The notes: generated by a model not told the origin, from the sequence alone. Shown: positions 1 to 11,559, numbered from the stretch's first letter. The stretch: 64,000 nt of DNA from an uncultured Methanosarcinaceae archaeon (GCA_963847185.1 CAWJYV010000007.1:352001-416000); one strand, 5' to 3'. A program made the numbers and translations.

Positions 1-664
1 CGAGACCTGCAGGTACTCCTCTTATAATAAGCTCAATAATGCCTCCGATACTGTCCCCTTCCTGCCTCAGGGTTGCAACTTTTTCAAGCATTTTCTCAGC
101 AGCCTCAAGATCTGCACAGCGCACTGGAGTTTTTTCCACGTTTTCAAGGATTTCTTCAAAAGATAGGGGCTTTGCCCTGATAGTTCCGAGTTCGAGTACA
201 TGTGCTGCAATCCTGATCCCGAACCTGGCAAGCAGGAGTTTTGCAAGGACCCCACCTGCAACTCTGCCTATCGTTTCACGGGCTGAAGACCTGCCTCCTC
301 CACGGTGGTCTCTCATTCCGTAACGGGCAATATAGGTAAAATCAGCATGCCCGGGGCGGGGAGTGTCTTTAATAGCATCATAAGCCGAAGATCTGGCGTC
401 CGAGTTCCAGATCAGCATGGAGACAGGAGTACCTGTGCTCATTCCTTCGAAAACTCCGGAAAGTATCTCTACCCTGTCAGCTTCTTGGCGGGGGGTAGAA
501 ACTTCGCTCTGTCCTGGCCGCCTTCTATCCAGTTCTTTCTGAATATCGGCCTCGGAAAAAGGAAGCCCTGCAGGTAACCCGTCCACAACTACGCCCACAG
601 CCCTGCCGTGGGATTCACCCCAGGTGGTGATTCGAAACATCTGCCCGAAAACGTTTCCAGCCAT
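1..664 (-). CDS. aroC: Chorismate synthase, 5' part (runs off the window edge)
   Basis: Not in the ORF track. Manual translation from ATG at 664 gives [33 protein letters not shown]...RRRPGQ...[10 protein letters not shown], with the GESHG and RPGHAD signatures. Confidence 0.95.
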   Translation of the reverse strand, partial: MAGNVFGQMFRITTWGESHGRAVGVVVDGLPAGLPFSEADIQKELDRRRPGQSEVSTPRQEADRVEILSGVFEGMSTGTPVSMLIWNSDARSSAYDAIKDTPRPGHADFTYIARYGMRDHRGGGRSSARETIGRVAGGVLAKLLLARFGIRIAAHVLELGTIRAKPLSFEEILENVEKTPVRCADLEAAEKMLEKVATLRQEGDSIGGIIELIIRGVPAGL

Positions 665-669
665 GCATC

Positions 670-1581
670 TTAACTGGTTTTTTTGCTATTTGATTTTTGG
701 GGTTGGTGTAAGGAGGGTTCGAGATGTACAACTACATCAGAAATATCCTTATATTCTCCTTTCAGTTTTTTGCTAACTTTATGAGAAATAAGATGTGCAT
801 CCTCAAGAGACATATCTGACTGAAGAAGAATATGCATGTCAACCTTGATATCTCCCATGCTTCCTCGAGTCCTGATTTTATGACAACCCATTACCCCTTC
901 AACTCCCATTACCAGTTCACAGATCTCTTTTTCTTGAATTCTGGACATGTCCAGAAGTGCCCTTGAACCCTCTTTAATAATTTTATATCCTGCTTTAAAA
1001 ATCAGAAAAGAGATCACTACGGCTATTACAGGGTCTATAAAAGAAAAACCTAATTTTATTGCAGCCAGGCTCACTAAAACAGAAAGGGATACATAAATAT
1101 CACTTTTAGTATGCATTGAGTCTGCTATAAGAACCTGACTTCTCAGGGATTTCCCCTGTTTATACTCGTACCTTGTTACAAGATAATTAATACACATTGT
1201 CCCAAGTATTATAAGGAAACTTAAAGCTGTAACCTTTGGCGTGCTCGGAGCAAGAAATCGATTAACAGCATTCTGGAATATCTCGACGCCAACAAATATC
1301 AAAAGTAAGGCAATAAATATAGAGGCTAGGGTTTCATATTTTATATGTCCGTAAGGGTGCTCACTGTCTGGAGGGCGGGCTGCAATGAAACTTCCAGCCA
1401 ATCCTATAATGTTTGAGGCTCCATCAAAAAGAGAATGGTAACCGTCCGCAACCATGCTTAAAGTGTTGGTTAGAGTTCCGTAAACGATTTTGGCAAAAGC
1501 AACTGCAAGGTTCAGAAGCAGTACATAAATAAGAACTCGCTGGACTTTTCTATATTTCTGTAACATAGTCTGAACCCCCAT
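670..1581 (-). CDS. Cation diffusion facilitator (CDF/FieF-like) transporter
   Basis: [18 protein letters not shown] and ADSMHTKSD motifs; about 6 TM helices; C-terminal dimerisation domain ending VVVHLEP. Confidence 0.92.
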   Translation of the reverse strand: MGVQTMLQKYRKVQRVLIYVLLLNLAVAFAKIVYGTLTNTLSMVADGYHSLFDGASNIIGLAGSFIAARPPDSEHPYGHIKYETLASIFIALLLIFVGVEIFQNAVNRFLAPSTPKVTALSFLIILGTMCINYLVTRYEYKQGKSLRSQVLIADSMHTKSDIYVSLSVLVSLAAIKLGFSFIDPVIAVVISFLIFKAGYKIIKEGSRALLDMSRIQEKEICELVMGVEGVMGCHKIRTRGSMGDIKVDMHILLQSDMSLEDAHLISHKVSKKLKGEYKDISDVVVHLEPSLHQPQKSNSKKTS

Positions 1582-1788
1582 ATTTCGAACTGTAAGAAAC
1601 CCGGATACAAAGCATAGATAAAAAGGATCTTACGCAGCTAAGTGCCATCAAAAAACTATTGCTTACATACTAACTTAGCTTTTATATAATATTCTGTTTT
1701 TGAAAAAGAAAAATTGAGATTAAAATAAAAATAATAGCTTGAAGGAAGAACGGAACTCGCTGGAAGGAAGAAAAAAGAAAAAATGAAT

Positions 1789-2529
1789 TTATTCACAGCC
1801 TGCCCAGGTCATGTAAGCGTCCACTATTTCCTGTCCTTCAAGGAATACAAGTTCGTGTTCTTTACCGTATTCTTTTGCCTTTACTTTTGAAAGGGCTTTC
1901 CCATTATCATCATCCAGCATTTCGCAGACTACCATTGCAGGGGTAATTCCTGCCATACGGGCAAGAGCAACTGAAAGTTCGGTCTGGCCTTTTCTTTCTT
2001 CTAGGAGGCTTTCTGCGGCTCTCAGAAGGGCCACGTGCCCCGGAGTTCTGAACTCATTTCCAAAATGGATTCCATCTCCGGAAAGGCTTTTTTCTGTTAT
2101 TTCTCCTACTTTTCGGATAGTAAGGGCTCTTTCATCATCAGGGATACCTGTTCTGGTATCTCTGTGGTTGACCCAGAGAGAGAAGGAAGAATGAGAATCG
2201 TATTTAAGGTCGCCGTCTTTTTCTACAACTTCTCCGAGAATATCGCTGGTTTTGCTGGCTTCCCTGACGAGTTCTGCCATAAAAGGCAGGTTTAGTTGCT
2301 TTGATGCCACAGGATCTATTGCCACGCAAATAAGGCCGCCTGCATCTTTTCTCATCCATTTGACATCTTTAAACGTGATCGCTTTTGCAGGAATTACAAG
2401 GTCGGTTTCCCCTTCCCTTGAGTCCGAATCATAAATCTGGATCATTTTTCCGGCTCGCAGAGCTTTAAGCGCCCGGTTGACATTTTCATTTCTGTACGTA
2501 AAACACTCGTATACTATCTTTTCGTTCAT
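1789..2529 (-). CDS. ribB: 3,4-dihydroxy-2-butanone-4-phosphate synthase (archaeal type)
   Basis: YDSDSREGETDL, GGLICVA, TGIPDDERALT, FRTPGHV, GQTELS and CEMLD motifs; overlaps ribK by 4 nt. Confidence 0.95.
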   Translation of the reverse strand: MNEKIVYECFTYRNENVNRALKALRAGKMIQIYDSDSREGETDLVIPAKAITFKDVKWMRKDAGGLICVAIDPVASKQLNLPFMAELVREASKTSDILGEVVEKDGDLKYDSHSSFSLWVNHRDTRTGIPDDERALTIRKVGEITEKSLSGDGIHFGNEFRTPGHVALLRAAESLLEERKGQTELSVALARMAGITPAMVVCEMLDDDNGKALSKVKAKEYGKEHELVFLEGQEIVDAYMTWAGCE

Positions 2530-3203
2530 TCTTGGCCCTCAGTACCCTGTTTTTTTACCCGTATAACGACACTGTCTCCATCTTCCAAATTCAAGGCATC
2601 TCTCAGTTTTACCGGTGCAATGATCTCAATCAAATCTGAGGGGTAGTGTGTTCTTTCAGGTGCGATTACGGCAGCATCTATCCCGCCGATACTAACCAGA
2701 TAGCAGTTTCCGCCTCCGAAAGTGCGTTCTCCGTCATTGAAGCCATCTATCCTGACAGCTGCCATTTCTTTTAGTTGAGTTCGAAGGGCCAAACTGTCTT
2801 CGGAAAGTTTCACATTTAAGGTTCCGGGAAATGGTATGAAATGCAATTTTTCCTCAAATTGTTTCTTGTATCCCGGGATGTTAACATAATATTGACCCTC
2901 ACCCAGGCCCTTAAGCACGTTTCCTCCAAGCTCCAGGAACTTGGATTCCGGAGAGAAAATACTGCTGTATTCCAGATATTCATTTTTAAGAATTTCAATT
3001 CCTTTTTTGGTCATCTTTATCAACTGGCCGCCGGGTACGATCTTTCTTTCGATCAGCCCCTCTTCTTCCAGCTGCTTTATTTTTCTTGCCGCGGTTTTGG
3101 AGCTTGCCCCGGTATGTTTTTTAAACTCACTCGAAGAGACCTTAATGGTTCTATTCGCTGCTCCAATAAGAGCAAGTTTCTTCAGGTGTTCAATGTCAGG
3201 CAC
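2526..3203 (-). CDS. ribK: CTP-dependent riboflavin kinase with N-terminal winged HTH (RbkR-type)
   Basis: GLGEGQYY, PFPGTLN, RTFG, PERTHY and EIIAPVKLR motifs. Likely GTG start at 3203 after a GAGGGG RBS; the ORF track extends to 3239. Confidence 0.92.
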   Translation of the reverse strand: MPDIEHLKKLALIGAANRTIKVSSSEFKKHTGASSKTAARKIKQLEEEGLIERKIVPGGQLIKMTKKGIEILKNEYLEYSSIFSPESKFLELGGNVLKGLGEGQYYVNIPGYKKQFEEKLHFIPFPGTLNVKLSEDSLALRTQLKEMAAVRIDGFNDGERTFGGGNCYLVSIGGIDAAVIAPERTHYPSDLIEIIAPVKLRDALNLEDGDSVVIRVKKQGTEGQE

Positions 3204-3389
3204 TGTCGGCACCCCTCTTAATTTTGAGATGCATCTCAATAATGAGATGATAATCTATGCAATTCATTATAATAAAACTTTTGATAGCCAGTGCCTCTCC
3301 GGAAAAAGGAAGGGGTGTTCCTGCGGCCATATAAAAAGTTTTACCAAACATTTATATATTTTCAATTAGATTTTGAGACTGGACTGGCC

Positions 3390-3884
3390 ATGACACAAAA
3401 TCTCAATATTGAATGCCCCTCATGTTCTCCTGAAGAGAGAGTATCCCATGAACTGATAAAACTTGGAAAAAGCCCCTTAGTACACTGTCTGCAGTGCGGG
3501 CTTGTGTATGTTGCATCAGGTGTAAATATCCCTGAAAAAATAAGTGTCAGAGTTTTTGTAAACAGGATAGAACATCCTTTCACACGCTGGGTAAAGCTAA
3601 GTGCAGGCGAAGTTCTTTCCGAAGATGAAGAAATTGTTCTGGATAATGTGAATACTTCAGGTGACAATCCTTTTATCATAACTTCTCTCCAGGTAGGAGT
3701 CAGGCGCGTACCTTCAGCTCTGGCTGAGGAACTTGACACAATATGGGCGAGGCCTCTTAACGAGATTACCTTTGGAAGAAAAAAGAAAATGAGGGTAAAA
3801 CATCCAGTAATCTCTGGAAATATAGGTTCTACTATCGAAATTTCCGCTCCTTCTACTGGTCTACAGGTAATGCAGGACGACTGA
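3390..3884 (+). CDS. HVO_0476-like zinc-finger protein (shorter paralog)
   Basis: CPSC...HE...CLQCG zinc ribbon; clear paralog of the next gene; likely ATG at 3390. Confidence 0.75.
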   Translation: MTQNLNIECPSCSPEERVSHELIKLGKSPLVHCLQCGLVYVASGVNIPEKISVRVFVNRIEHPFTRWVKLSAGEVLSEDEEIVLDNVNTSGDNPFIITSLQVGVRRVPSALAEELDTIWARPLNEITFGRKKKMRVKHPVISGNIGSTIEISAPSTGLQVMQDD

Positions 3885-4269
3885 TTTGCAGGGCTTTTAG
3901 TTTTCCAGGTGGTTATTTAGAAATTCTGCAGATTTTACTTTATTTTCTGCTTTCAGTTCTTTGAAGTCTTTTTTGCCTTGTATTCACAGAAATCCCTTTT
4001 TTATTTTCAATTTCTTCAATTTCTGGGCTTGTCCGCGAGTTATTGATCAATTACGAAAAAGCGAGTATATTCCCCGTATTTGAGATAAATGTAGAAAGAG
4101 TATTGTGCTTATGTTTTTCAATAAGTCATGCCCATTACCCAATTTCTCTTTTACGTTTAATCTCCCAAGGCTTCTTTTCCCTTAATTTTTCCCTGCAGAA
4201 TACCTTTGGAAAAAACACCACCGGAGAAGTTAAGTATTTAGTATTTTGAATCCATCTATTGATCAGACC

Positions 4270-4905
4270 ATGATGAGAGAAATTGAAGTTGAGTGCCCTT
4301 CGTGTTCCCCTGAAGAAGAAGTAGGGCATGAAGTTTTGAAAGAAGGACAGAGCCCTACAGTCCGTTGCCTTGAGTGCGGGCAGGTACATGCGGCGAAGAT
4401 AAAAACTCCAAAAACTGTCAGTTTGAAGGCTATAGTCAGCAAGGTAGATATTACGAATACCTACAAAACTGAACTGGATTCCGAGACTGTCCTTGAGGTG
4501 GATGACGAGCTGGTTGTAGATGATGAGGAAAAAGGAGTAGTGTACCCTATCCTGATTACTGCAATTGACGCAGGAGGAAAAAGGGTTCTATCGGCTAAGG
4601 CAGAAAACATCGAAGCAGTCTGGGGCAGAGCCATAGATGAGATTACGGTAAAATTCTCCGCACAATCAGGGACTGAAAAAACGGAAGTTATCGAAAAGAA
4701 GGTTTCTGGAGATTATGAATTTGTTGTAGGAGCAGAAGAAAAAATTGGAAACAAGCGTCTTTTCATAACCAAAATCAAGGTTAGAGATGGGGTATTCAGG
4801 TCAAGAAAAGGCGACGTTGTACTTGCAAAATACGTAAAAAGGATTTATGCAAGAAAGAAATGGGAAGGTTCGGGTCAGCGTGATTTTAAAAGGGGACCTT
4901 GGTGA
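4270..4905 (+). CDS. HVO_0476-like zinc-finger protein
   Basis: CPSC...HEVLK...CLECGQVH; FVVG and KRIY C-terminal motifs; sits upstream of pcm; likely ATG at 4270. Confidence 0.85.
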   Translation: MMREIEVECPSCSPEEEVGHEVLKEGQSPTVRCLECGQVHAAKIKTPKTVSLKAIVSKVDITNTYKTELDSETVLEVDDELVVDDEEKGVVYPILITAIDAGGKRVLSAKAENIEAVWGRAIDEITVKFSAQSGTEKTEVIEKKVSGDYEFVVGAEEKIGNKRLFITKIKVRDGVFRSRKGDVVLAKYVKRIYARKKWEGSGQRDFKRGPW

Positions 4906-5584
4906 AGAACGAAATAGGAGAGAAAAAGAAGAAAAAGAATTCGAATATTTGCGCAGGCTTCTCGTAGAGGGGCTTGAAGGTACTGTAACCGATGAAAAAG
5001 TGCTCAAAGCCATGCTCCGTGTTCCCAGGCATAAGTTTGTTCCAGAGTATGAGCAAAGGGCAGCCTATACTGACAGGCCTCTGGAAATCGGATGCGGGCA
5101 AACAATCTCCGCCCCTCACATGGTTGCTATCATGTGTGAAATCCTGGAGTTGTCTGAGGGACATAAAGTCCTTGAAGTGGGGGCAGGCTCAGGGTATAAT
5201 GCTGCAGTGATGGCAGAACTTGTAGGAAAAAGCGGACATATATACTCCGTGGAACGCGTAGAGCCCCTTGCAAATTTTGCAAGGAAAAACCTGGAAAAAA
5301 CAGGGTATGATAATGTCACAGTATTACTTGAAAATGGATCAATGGGGTATCCACATTATGCACCTTATGACAGGATAACTGTGACATGTGCGGCTCCATA
5401 CATTCCTGAGCCTCTCCTCGAACAATTAAAGCCTGGGGGAATAATGGTGATTCCTGTTGGAGATAATTATTCCCAGGAGCTTTTTAGAGTTAAAAAAGAC
5501 TTCAAGGGCAATACATATAAAAAAAGAAAAAATTGGGTCGTTTTTGTGCCTTTGATTGGAAAACATGGCTTCCGAAAGAGCTGA
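4880..5584 (+). CDS. pcm: Protein-L-isoaspartate O-methyltransferase
   Basis: [37 protein letters not shown] and QLKPGG motifs. Start uncertain (4847 or 4880). Confidence 0.93.
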   Translation: MILKGDLGEERNRREKEEKEFEYLRRLLVEGLEGTVTDEKVLKAMLRVPRHKFVPEYEQRAAYTDRPLEIGCGQTISAPHMVAIMCEILELSEGHKVLEVGAGSGYNAAVMAELVGKSGHIYSVERVEPLANFARKNLEKTGYDNVTVLLENGSMGYPHYAPYDRITVTCAAPYIPEPLLEQLKPGGIMVIPVGDNYSQELFRVKKDFKGNTYKKRKNWVVFVPLIGKHGFRKS

Positions 5585-5729
5585 GAGTGCAGAAAGTTCA
5601 GTGTAAAAAAAGAGAAGAAATAACTTGAGCAAAGAAGAAAAATATCTCGATGTAACAATGTAAAAGAGTTATATAATAATGTAAAAGAATTTAATAAGGT
5701 ATTAATAAGTGTGGGATTAACTATCTACC

Positions 5730-6194
5730 ATGGACATCGATATCTATGAGGACTTTGAACAAATTCATGTCAAAGATGTCTACATAGTCGATGTTTTCAC
5801 AGATCCCACACCTGTGGTTCTTCTAGAAAATATGGGGGGGGATATGCTTCCAATATATATAGGCCACCTTGAAGCCCTTTCAATAGGAAATGTGCTTAAA
5901 AATAGATCTCCCCCCAGGCCCATGACCCATGATCTTATGATCAACATTTTCGAGAGAATGGATATAAAGATAGAAGGCGTTTTGATAGACGATAAGGTAG
6001 ATAAAATCTATTACGCCCGCCTCCTTATAAAAAAGGACAATAATATCATGCAGTTCGATGCAAGACCAAGCGATTGCATTGCTCTTGCGCTTCGTGCTGG
6101 AGCTCCAATAAGGATCAGGAAAAAGGTTCTTGAATGTTCTGAAGTGGAGATGTCCAGACTTGAAGGTGCTCGTGTGATGAATATTTTTGGATGA
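5730..6194 (+). CDS. Bifunctional nuclease (DUF151) family protein
   Basis: LPIYIG..EA, PPRPMTHDL and DARPSDCIALALR signatures. Confidence 0.92.
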   Translation: MDIDIYEDFEQIHVKDVYIVDVFTDPTPVVLLENMGGDMLPIYIGHLEALSIGNVLKNRSPPRPMTHDLMINIFERMDIKIEGVLIDDKVDKIYYARLLIKKDNNIMQFDARPSDCIALALRAGAPIRIRKKVLECSEVEMSRLEGARVMNIFG

Positions 6195-6419
6195 CGACGA
6201 TTAATTCTTTTTTCTTCAGGCCAATTCTTTCTCCTCAGGCCCTAAAATGATTTTTAAATAAATCCAATTTCCACATAATCGCAGGAATTATTTTCGAATT
6301 CATTTGCGGCTTTTTTTAATTTTATAGCGTAACTCTCTTTAAAAAGATTAAAGCTCACAGGTTGCTACCAGGTTAATTCAGATAAGCTTTTAATAACAAT
6401 TAAATTTATTATCCCTTAG

Positions 6420-7241
6420 ATGCTCACCAAAAGAATCATACCATGCCTTGATGTTACCCTTGACAGAGCAGGCGGCTGTGTTGTTAAGGGTGTGGAGTTT
6501 GTGGACCTGAAAGAGGCCGGGGACCCTGTGGAACTCGCCAAACAATATAATGAGGCGGGAGCAGATGAACTCGTTTTCCTGGATATTACTGCTTCCGTTC
6601 ATGGCAGGGAAACCATGATCGATGTAATTGAAAGGACTGCAGATGAGGTTTTTATCCCTCTTACGGTTGGAGGCGGGATAAGTTCAATTGATGCCATTCG
6701 CCAGATTCTCAGGGCCGGAGCTGATAAGGTTTCTGTTAATACCTCTGCAGTTAAGAACCCTTACTTCATCAAAGAGTCCTCAGACATCTTCGGAGCCCAA
6801 TGTATTGTTACTGCTATCGATTGCAGGCGAAATTACGATGTGCAGAATAATCCAGACAAGACTATTCTGGAACTTGAAGACGGGACTCCTGCCTGGTACG
6901 AGGTAGTTATCTACGGAGGCAGGCAAGCCACAGGAATTGATACAGTCCAGTGGGCTAGAAGGGCAGAAGAACTGGGTTCAGGAGAAATCCTGCTTACAAG
7001 TATGGACAGAGACGGAACATATGCCGGTTACGACCTGCCTATTACAAGGAAGCTCTCCGAAGAACTGGATGTCCCGATTATAGCTTCAGGAGGAGTTGGA
7101 AACCCTCAGCATATCTATGAAGGCTTCTCTATGGGGAAAGCAGACGCGGCCCTTGCGGCAAGTATTTTCCACTTCGGAGAATATTCAATAAAACAGGTCA
7201 AAGAATATTTGCAAGAAAGAAAAATTCCTGTAAGATTATAA
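6420..7241 (+). CDS. hisF: Imidazole glycerol phosphate synthase cyclase subunit
   Basis: [55 protein letters not shown]. Confidence 0.97.
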   Translation: MLTKRIIPCLDVTLDRAGGCVVKGVEFVDLKEAGDPVELAKQYNEAGADELVFLDITASVHGRETMIDVIERTADEVFIPLTVGGGISSIDAIRQILRAGADKVSVNTSAVKNPYFIKESSDIFGAQCIVTAIDCRRNYDVQNNPDKTILELEDGTPAWYEVVIYGGRQATGIDTVQWARRAEELGSGEILLTSMDRDGTYAGYDLPITRKLSEELDVPIIASGGVGNPQHIYEGFSMGKADAALAASIFHFGEYSIKQVKEYLQERKIPVRL

Positions 7242-7373
7242 GTTCAAAAAACACAAGTTCAAAAATTAGAAATTGGGAAAAAGGTCCGGAAAGCAATATT
7301 TAACAACAGTATTGAAAAGATTGAAACTAGGTAGAGATACAGATCAAAAAGATAGTTGGAGGGGGAAAGAAAA

Positions 7374-7661
7374 ATGGAAATCAATGAATTTCAGAAGCTG
7401 ATGTACGAACTCTATGCCCACAATGACAGGAGAAGGGGAGGCAAAGCCACCATGCTCTGGCTGGTTGAAGAAATTGGAGAACTCGCCGAGGCTATTCGTA
7501 GAGAAGAGCCCGAAAATATAAAAGAAGAGCTCGCAGACTGCTTTGCCTGGATAGGAGCGCTTGCCAACCTCTATGGGGTGGATCTTGAAGAAGCGTTTCT
7601 GAAAAAGTACCCTGGCGTATGCCCAACCTGCAGACAAAAGCCCTGTATATGTACTGATTGA
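7374..7661 (+). CDS. MazG-like nucleotide pyrophosphohydrolase with C-terminal Cys motif
   Basis: WLVEEIGELAEA and EELAD motifs; C-terminal CPTC...PCIC; GGAGG RBS ahead of ATG 7374. Confidence 0.88.
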   Translation: MEINEFQKLMYELYAHNDRRRGGKATMLWLVEEIGELAEAIRREEPENIKEELADCFAWIGALANLYGVDLEEAFLKKYPGVCPTCRQKPCICTD

Positions 7662-7866
7662 GCCTTCCCTTGCTTAATCATCCTTAACTGTATTTTATTC
7701 CGTGAAGCTCCAGACAAAAAGCAATTTCATATTTACATGAGCCTGATTTTCTGGACTTCTTTTTTATATCTACTCTATCATATTTTGAGATACTTTTTTA
7801 TTTCTTAGAAGCAATATCTTATTCGGAATTCTTATCAGGATTATTTATTTATTGGGGTAATCGAAG

Positions 7867-8268
7867 ATGTTGGAAACAGAAACTAGGGAATTTCTTGAGA
7901 GTTTGCAATTGAAGATCCTGAACAATACCGGCGAGGACCTTGTACTTCAGGCTGAGAAAATTGAGAAGGGGAAATTCAAAAAGGGTCATCAGGCTCCAGC
8001 AAAAATAGAAGCTTATGAAGAGAAAGGATTTGAACTCATTGCGTGCGAAGGAAGCTGTGAAGGCGGAGCTGATATTGAAGGCTGGGTGAAGTATGGGATA
8101 GGGTGTTCGGAAGGGTATTGCAAGATACATTTCAGATACACGGGAAAGATAGACAAAGTTAGCTATTCCTGTGAATGTCATCTGCACGACGGAAAAATGC
8201 TCTGTGAAGTCTCAAAAGATAAGAAGGATGAAAGAATCATATCGTGGATAATCGGGCCAAAAGCGTAA
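7867..8268 (+). CDS. Hypothetical beta-rich protein, aegerolysin/Cry34-like pattern
   Basis: GGGGT RBS; ILNNTGEDL...GKF...P..I...F....G...IEGWVKY pattern; fold assignment is an inference. Confidence 0.6.
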   Translation: MLETETREFLESLQLKILNNTGEDLVLQAEKIEKGKFKKGHQAPAKIEAYEEKGFELIACEGSCEGGADIEGWVKYGIGCSEGYCKIHFRYTGKIDKVSYSCECHLHDGKMLCEVSKDKKDERIISWIIGPKA

Positions 8269-8480
8269 TCCTGAAAACTCCTGACAGATTATGTCCTGTT
8301 CGATACACTTTTAATAATTCATTCTTTTTATTATTTTTACAATTTATTATGCGAGTCTAATTACTGCAAATCTAATTACTGCAAATCTGTATTTTAGTAA
8401 CCATTTCATTCTCAAGTTTGGCTATCTGTACCATGTGAGGATCCCAAAGCTTAATTAGGGCAGGCTCTGTAATCCATCTG

Positions 8481-11042
8481 ATGAAGCCTGAAAAACCGGA
8501 ACTGCTGGCTCCAGCCGGCGGTATGGAAGCCCTTATTGCAGCCGTAGAAAACGGAGCTGATGCTGTATACCTTGGAGCCCAGGCTTTCAGTGCGCGGGGG
8601 TACGCATCGAATTTTTCGGAAAAAGAGCTTGAAGAAGCCATTGATTATGCGCATCTCAGGGGCGTGAAAGTCTACGTAACTGTAAACACTCTTCTTAAGG
8701 ATGAGGAAATTATAAGGGCCCTTAAACTTCTTTCCCGCCTGAGAGAGATGGGAACAGATGCAATTATTATTCAGGACCTGGGGCTTATTTCTCTTTCAAG
8801 GAAATATCTTCCTGGTCTTTCATTGCATGCGAGTACACAGATGACACTGCATAATAGCGAGGGAGTTAAATTTTTAAAAGAAATGGGGTTCGAAAGAGTT
8901 GTACTTTCGCGGGAGTCTTCGATTGAAGAGATAAAACAGATTAAAGAAAAAAGTGAGGCTGAAATAGAAGTCTTCATACATGGCGCCCTTTGCATTTCCT
9001 ATTCCGGCCAGTGCCTTCTTAGCAGCCTTATAGGGGGAAGAAGTGGAAACAGAGGATACTGTGCCCAGCCGTGCCGCAAAAAATACAGGTTGTACTGTGA
9101 AGGAAAACAGATCAAAACAAGCGGAAACTATCTCTTAAGTCCAAAAGACCTTAACACAAGCTCAGGCATTGGAGCTCTTATAGAAGCCGGAATTGAATCC
9201 TTCAAAATAGAAGGTCGGATGAAGAGGCCGGAGTATGTCGCAGGGATTGTCAGAATCTACCGTCGCCTTATTGACAGATATTTGGAAAATCCCGCAGGAT
9301 ATTCTGTTTCCGAAGAAGAGCAGGAAACACTCACCCAGCTTTTTAATCGAGGTTTTACTCAAGGCTATTTCTTTGAAAACCCGCTTGGAAAGCTCATGAG
9401 CAGAGAGAATCCTCATAACCGTGGAATTCCTGCAGGCAGAGTTCTCGGCTATGACAGGTGTTCAGGCCGTATCAGTGTAAAACTTTCAAATTTTCTCCGG
9501 CTGGGGGATGGGATAATGGTAGAAAACGCAGATTCCAGGCCCGAAGATAAGGGGAAAATCATATCCGCAATGTATACCGAAAAAGGGCCCGTCTACAGTG
9601 CAGGGAAGGGTGACGTAGTAGAGATTCCTTTTGATTCAAGAGCTTCATCAGGAAGTACAGTGTACAGGACGCATTACAAAAAGCTAATGGATTCCCTTAA
9701 AAAAGAAAGCGAATCAGGAAGCTTGAGGACTAAAATTCCGGTATTCATAACTGCAACCGTTACATCAGGAAAGCCTGTGAGACTTGAGATGAAAGATATT
9801 GATTCAAACGCAATAACAATCGAATCCGAATATCTCGTTGAAAAAGCAGAAAAACAGCCTACATCAAAAGCCCAGATTGAAAAACAGCTATCAAAACTGG
9901 GAAACACTCTTTTTGAGGCGGCAGAACTCCATGTGAATATTGAAGGGGATGTTTTTATCCCTATGGGACAGCTTAACGAGCTTAGGACAAAAGCAGTCCT
10001 GCAGCTTGAGAACCTGCGGATATCAAGGTGGAAGCGAAAACCTCTTCAAGACCTGAAAATTCCTGAGCCAGAAGAAAACCTTGAGCCAGAAGAGAAAATA
10101 GGCAAGAGAGAAACGCAGGGAGAAAAAAATGTTTCCGAAAACCTCTCACAGCGTCCTCTGCTCTCAGTTTCAGTGTATTCGCTGGAAGGGCTTGAGGCAG
10201 CGCTTGCAGGAGGAGCAGACTGCATCTATTTCGGAGAAGGACTTTTCAGAAGCCCGGAAACAACAGGACAAAACATAAACTTTGAAAAGGATTTTGGTCT
10301 TATTTTCGAAAAAGCTGTTATGGAAACCCGGGCCGCAGGCAGAAAAATCTATTTTAGTACTCCAAAAATTGTAAAAGACTCCGAAATGAAATCAATTGAA
10401 AAAATCTGCTCTTTTATAGAGAAAATGGAAGCAGACGGTATTATTGTTTCAAATCTTGGGACCTTAAATCTTGCAAAAGAGAGGAAAATTTCTTTTATTA
10501 CAGACAGTCCCTTGAATATTTTAAACAGTCTCAGTTTCTCCATGCTTTTGAATGAAGGAGCTAAAATGGCTGTAATCTCACCTGAATTGACACTCGATGA
10601 GATTAAAGGAATTGCTTCTAGCGGGCCTGCAGAATGTATTGTCCACGGGCGTCTGGAACTGATGGAATCCGAACATTGTCTTGTAGGGGGGCTGCTTGGA
10701 AAAGAGAAGGGACAATGTACTGCTCCCTGCAGGTCAGGAAACTTCAAGCTGGTAGATGAGAAAAACTACGAGTTTCCTGTGCTTATGGACTCTCAATGCA
10801 GAATGCATCTCCTTAATTCAAGGGTTCTCTGTATGCTTGAATATATCCCTGAATTTATTAAAAACGGAATCTCAAGCCTCAGGATAGAAACTCTTGGAAT
10901 GGAAAATACCGAAGAAATAAAGAAAGTAACTCTGGCATACAGAAAAGCTATTGATGGGTATCTTGAAGCCGGAAAGCAGGGGAAAGAAAAGTGTGAAGGA
11001 AAAAGTTTTACTGCAGGGCATTATTTCAGGGGTGTGCAGTAA
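8481..11042 (+). CDS. Peptidase U32 family (RlhA-like Fe-S RNA hydroxylation protein) with DUF3656 and a second U32-like domain
   Basis: PELLAPAG, GADAVYLG, HASTQ, HGALCISYSGQC, RSGNRGYCAQPCR, LSPKDL, KIEGRMK. Confidence 0.9.
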   Translation: MKPEKPELLAPAGGMEALIAAVENGADAVYLGAQAFSARGYASNFSEKELEEAIDYAHLRGVKVYVTVNTLLKDEEIIRALKLLSRLREMGTDAIIIQDLGLISLSRKYLPGLSLHASTQMTLHNSEGVKFLKEMGFERVVLSRESSIEEIKQIKEKSEAEIEVFIHGALCISYSGQCLLSSLIGGRSGNRGYCAQPCRKKYRLYCEGKQIKTSGNYLLSPKDLNTSSGIGALIEAGIESFKIEGRMKRPEYVAGIVRIYRRLIDRYLENPAGYSVSEEEQETLTQLFNRGFTQGYFFENPLGKLMSRENPHNRGIPAGRVLGYDRCSGRISVKLSNFLRLGDGIMVENADSRPEDKGKIISAMYTEKGPVYSAGKGDVVEIPFDSRASSGSTVYRTHYKKLMDSLKKESESGSLRTKIPVFITATVTSGKPVRLEMKDIDSNAITIESEYLVEKAEKQPTSKAQIEKQLSKLGNTLFEAAELHVNIEGDVFIPMGQLNELRTKAVLQLENLRISRWKRKPLQDLKIPEPEENLEPEEKIGKRETQGEKNVSENLSQRPLLSVSVYSLEGLEAALAGGADCIYFGEGLFRSPETTGQNINFEKDFGLIFEKAVMETRAAGRKIYFSTPKIVKDSEMKSIEKICSFIEKMEADGIIVSNLGTLNLAKERKISFITDSPLNILNSLSFSMLLNEGAKMAVISPELTLDEIKGIASSGPAECIVHGRLELMESEHCLVGGLLGKEKGQCTAPCRSGNFKLVDEKNYEFPVLMDSQCRMHLLNSRVLCMLEYIPEFIKNGISSLRIETLGMENTEEIKKVTLAYRKAIDGYLEAGKQGKEKCEGKSFTAGHYFRGVQ

Positions 11043-11091
11043 AAAAGTCCAGTATCTGGAAACAAATCAAAAAATGGAAAAGTGAGTCTAT

Positions 11092-11559
11092 ATGGAAATA
11101 ATAGAAGTAACGGCGAAAACCCATGTTTCGGGAATGGGAAGCCCGAAAATATTCCTGTCTGGCTCAATCCGCGGAGGAAGACAGCTTCTGGAAACGTACA
11201 GGCTAATGTGTGATATTCTGGAAGAAGCAGGAGCCGAAGTGCTCAGCTGGCATGTTGCAGACACAGAGCTGGAAAAAGTAGAATCGAAAATGACAGAAGA
11301 AGAGATCTACTCCAGAGATATGAGCCTGCTTGTAAAAAGCGATGCCCTGATTGCCGAGGTTACGGTACCTTCCACGGGGGTAGGTTACGAAATTTGCCGG
11401 GCTCTTATCAATGGAATTCCCGTACTCTGCCTGCACAGGCCGGATGCAGCAGTTTCGGCAATGGTTCTGGGAAATCCGGACCCCTTAATTAAAGTACAGG
11501 CTTATCCGAACGAAACTATACTTAAAAAAAGTATTATTGAATTTGTCAGGGCTCTCTGA
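11092..11559 (+). CDS. Nucleoside 2-deoxyribosyltransferase / DNPH1-like N-glycosidase
   Basis: [16 protein letters not shown] and [14 protein letters not shown] motifs. Confidence 0.85.
   Translation: MEIIEVTAKTHVSGMGSPKIFLSGSIRGGRQLLETYRLMCDILEEAGAEVLSWHVADTELEKVESKMTEEEIYSRDMSLLVKSDALIAEVTVPSTGVGYEICRALINGIPVLCLHRPDAAVSAMVLGNPDPLIKVQAYPNETILKKSIIEFVRAL

Noticed and set aside
39-577. Plus-strand ORFs 39..323 and 305..577 and minus ORF 67..261
   Set aside because: Shadows of aroC, which the track missed because it runs off the window.
8357-8389. 15-bp duplication TCTAATTACTGCAAA x2 (and CTTTGGTAGTGGAG x2 near 45731)
   Set aside because: Two-copy slippage duplications with no further structure.
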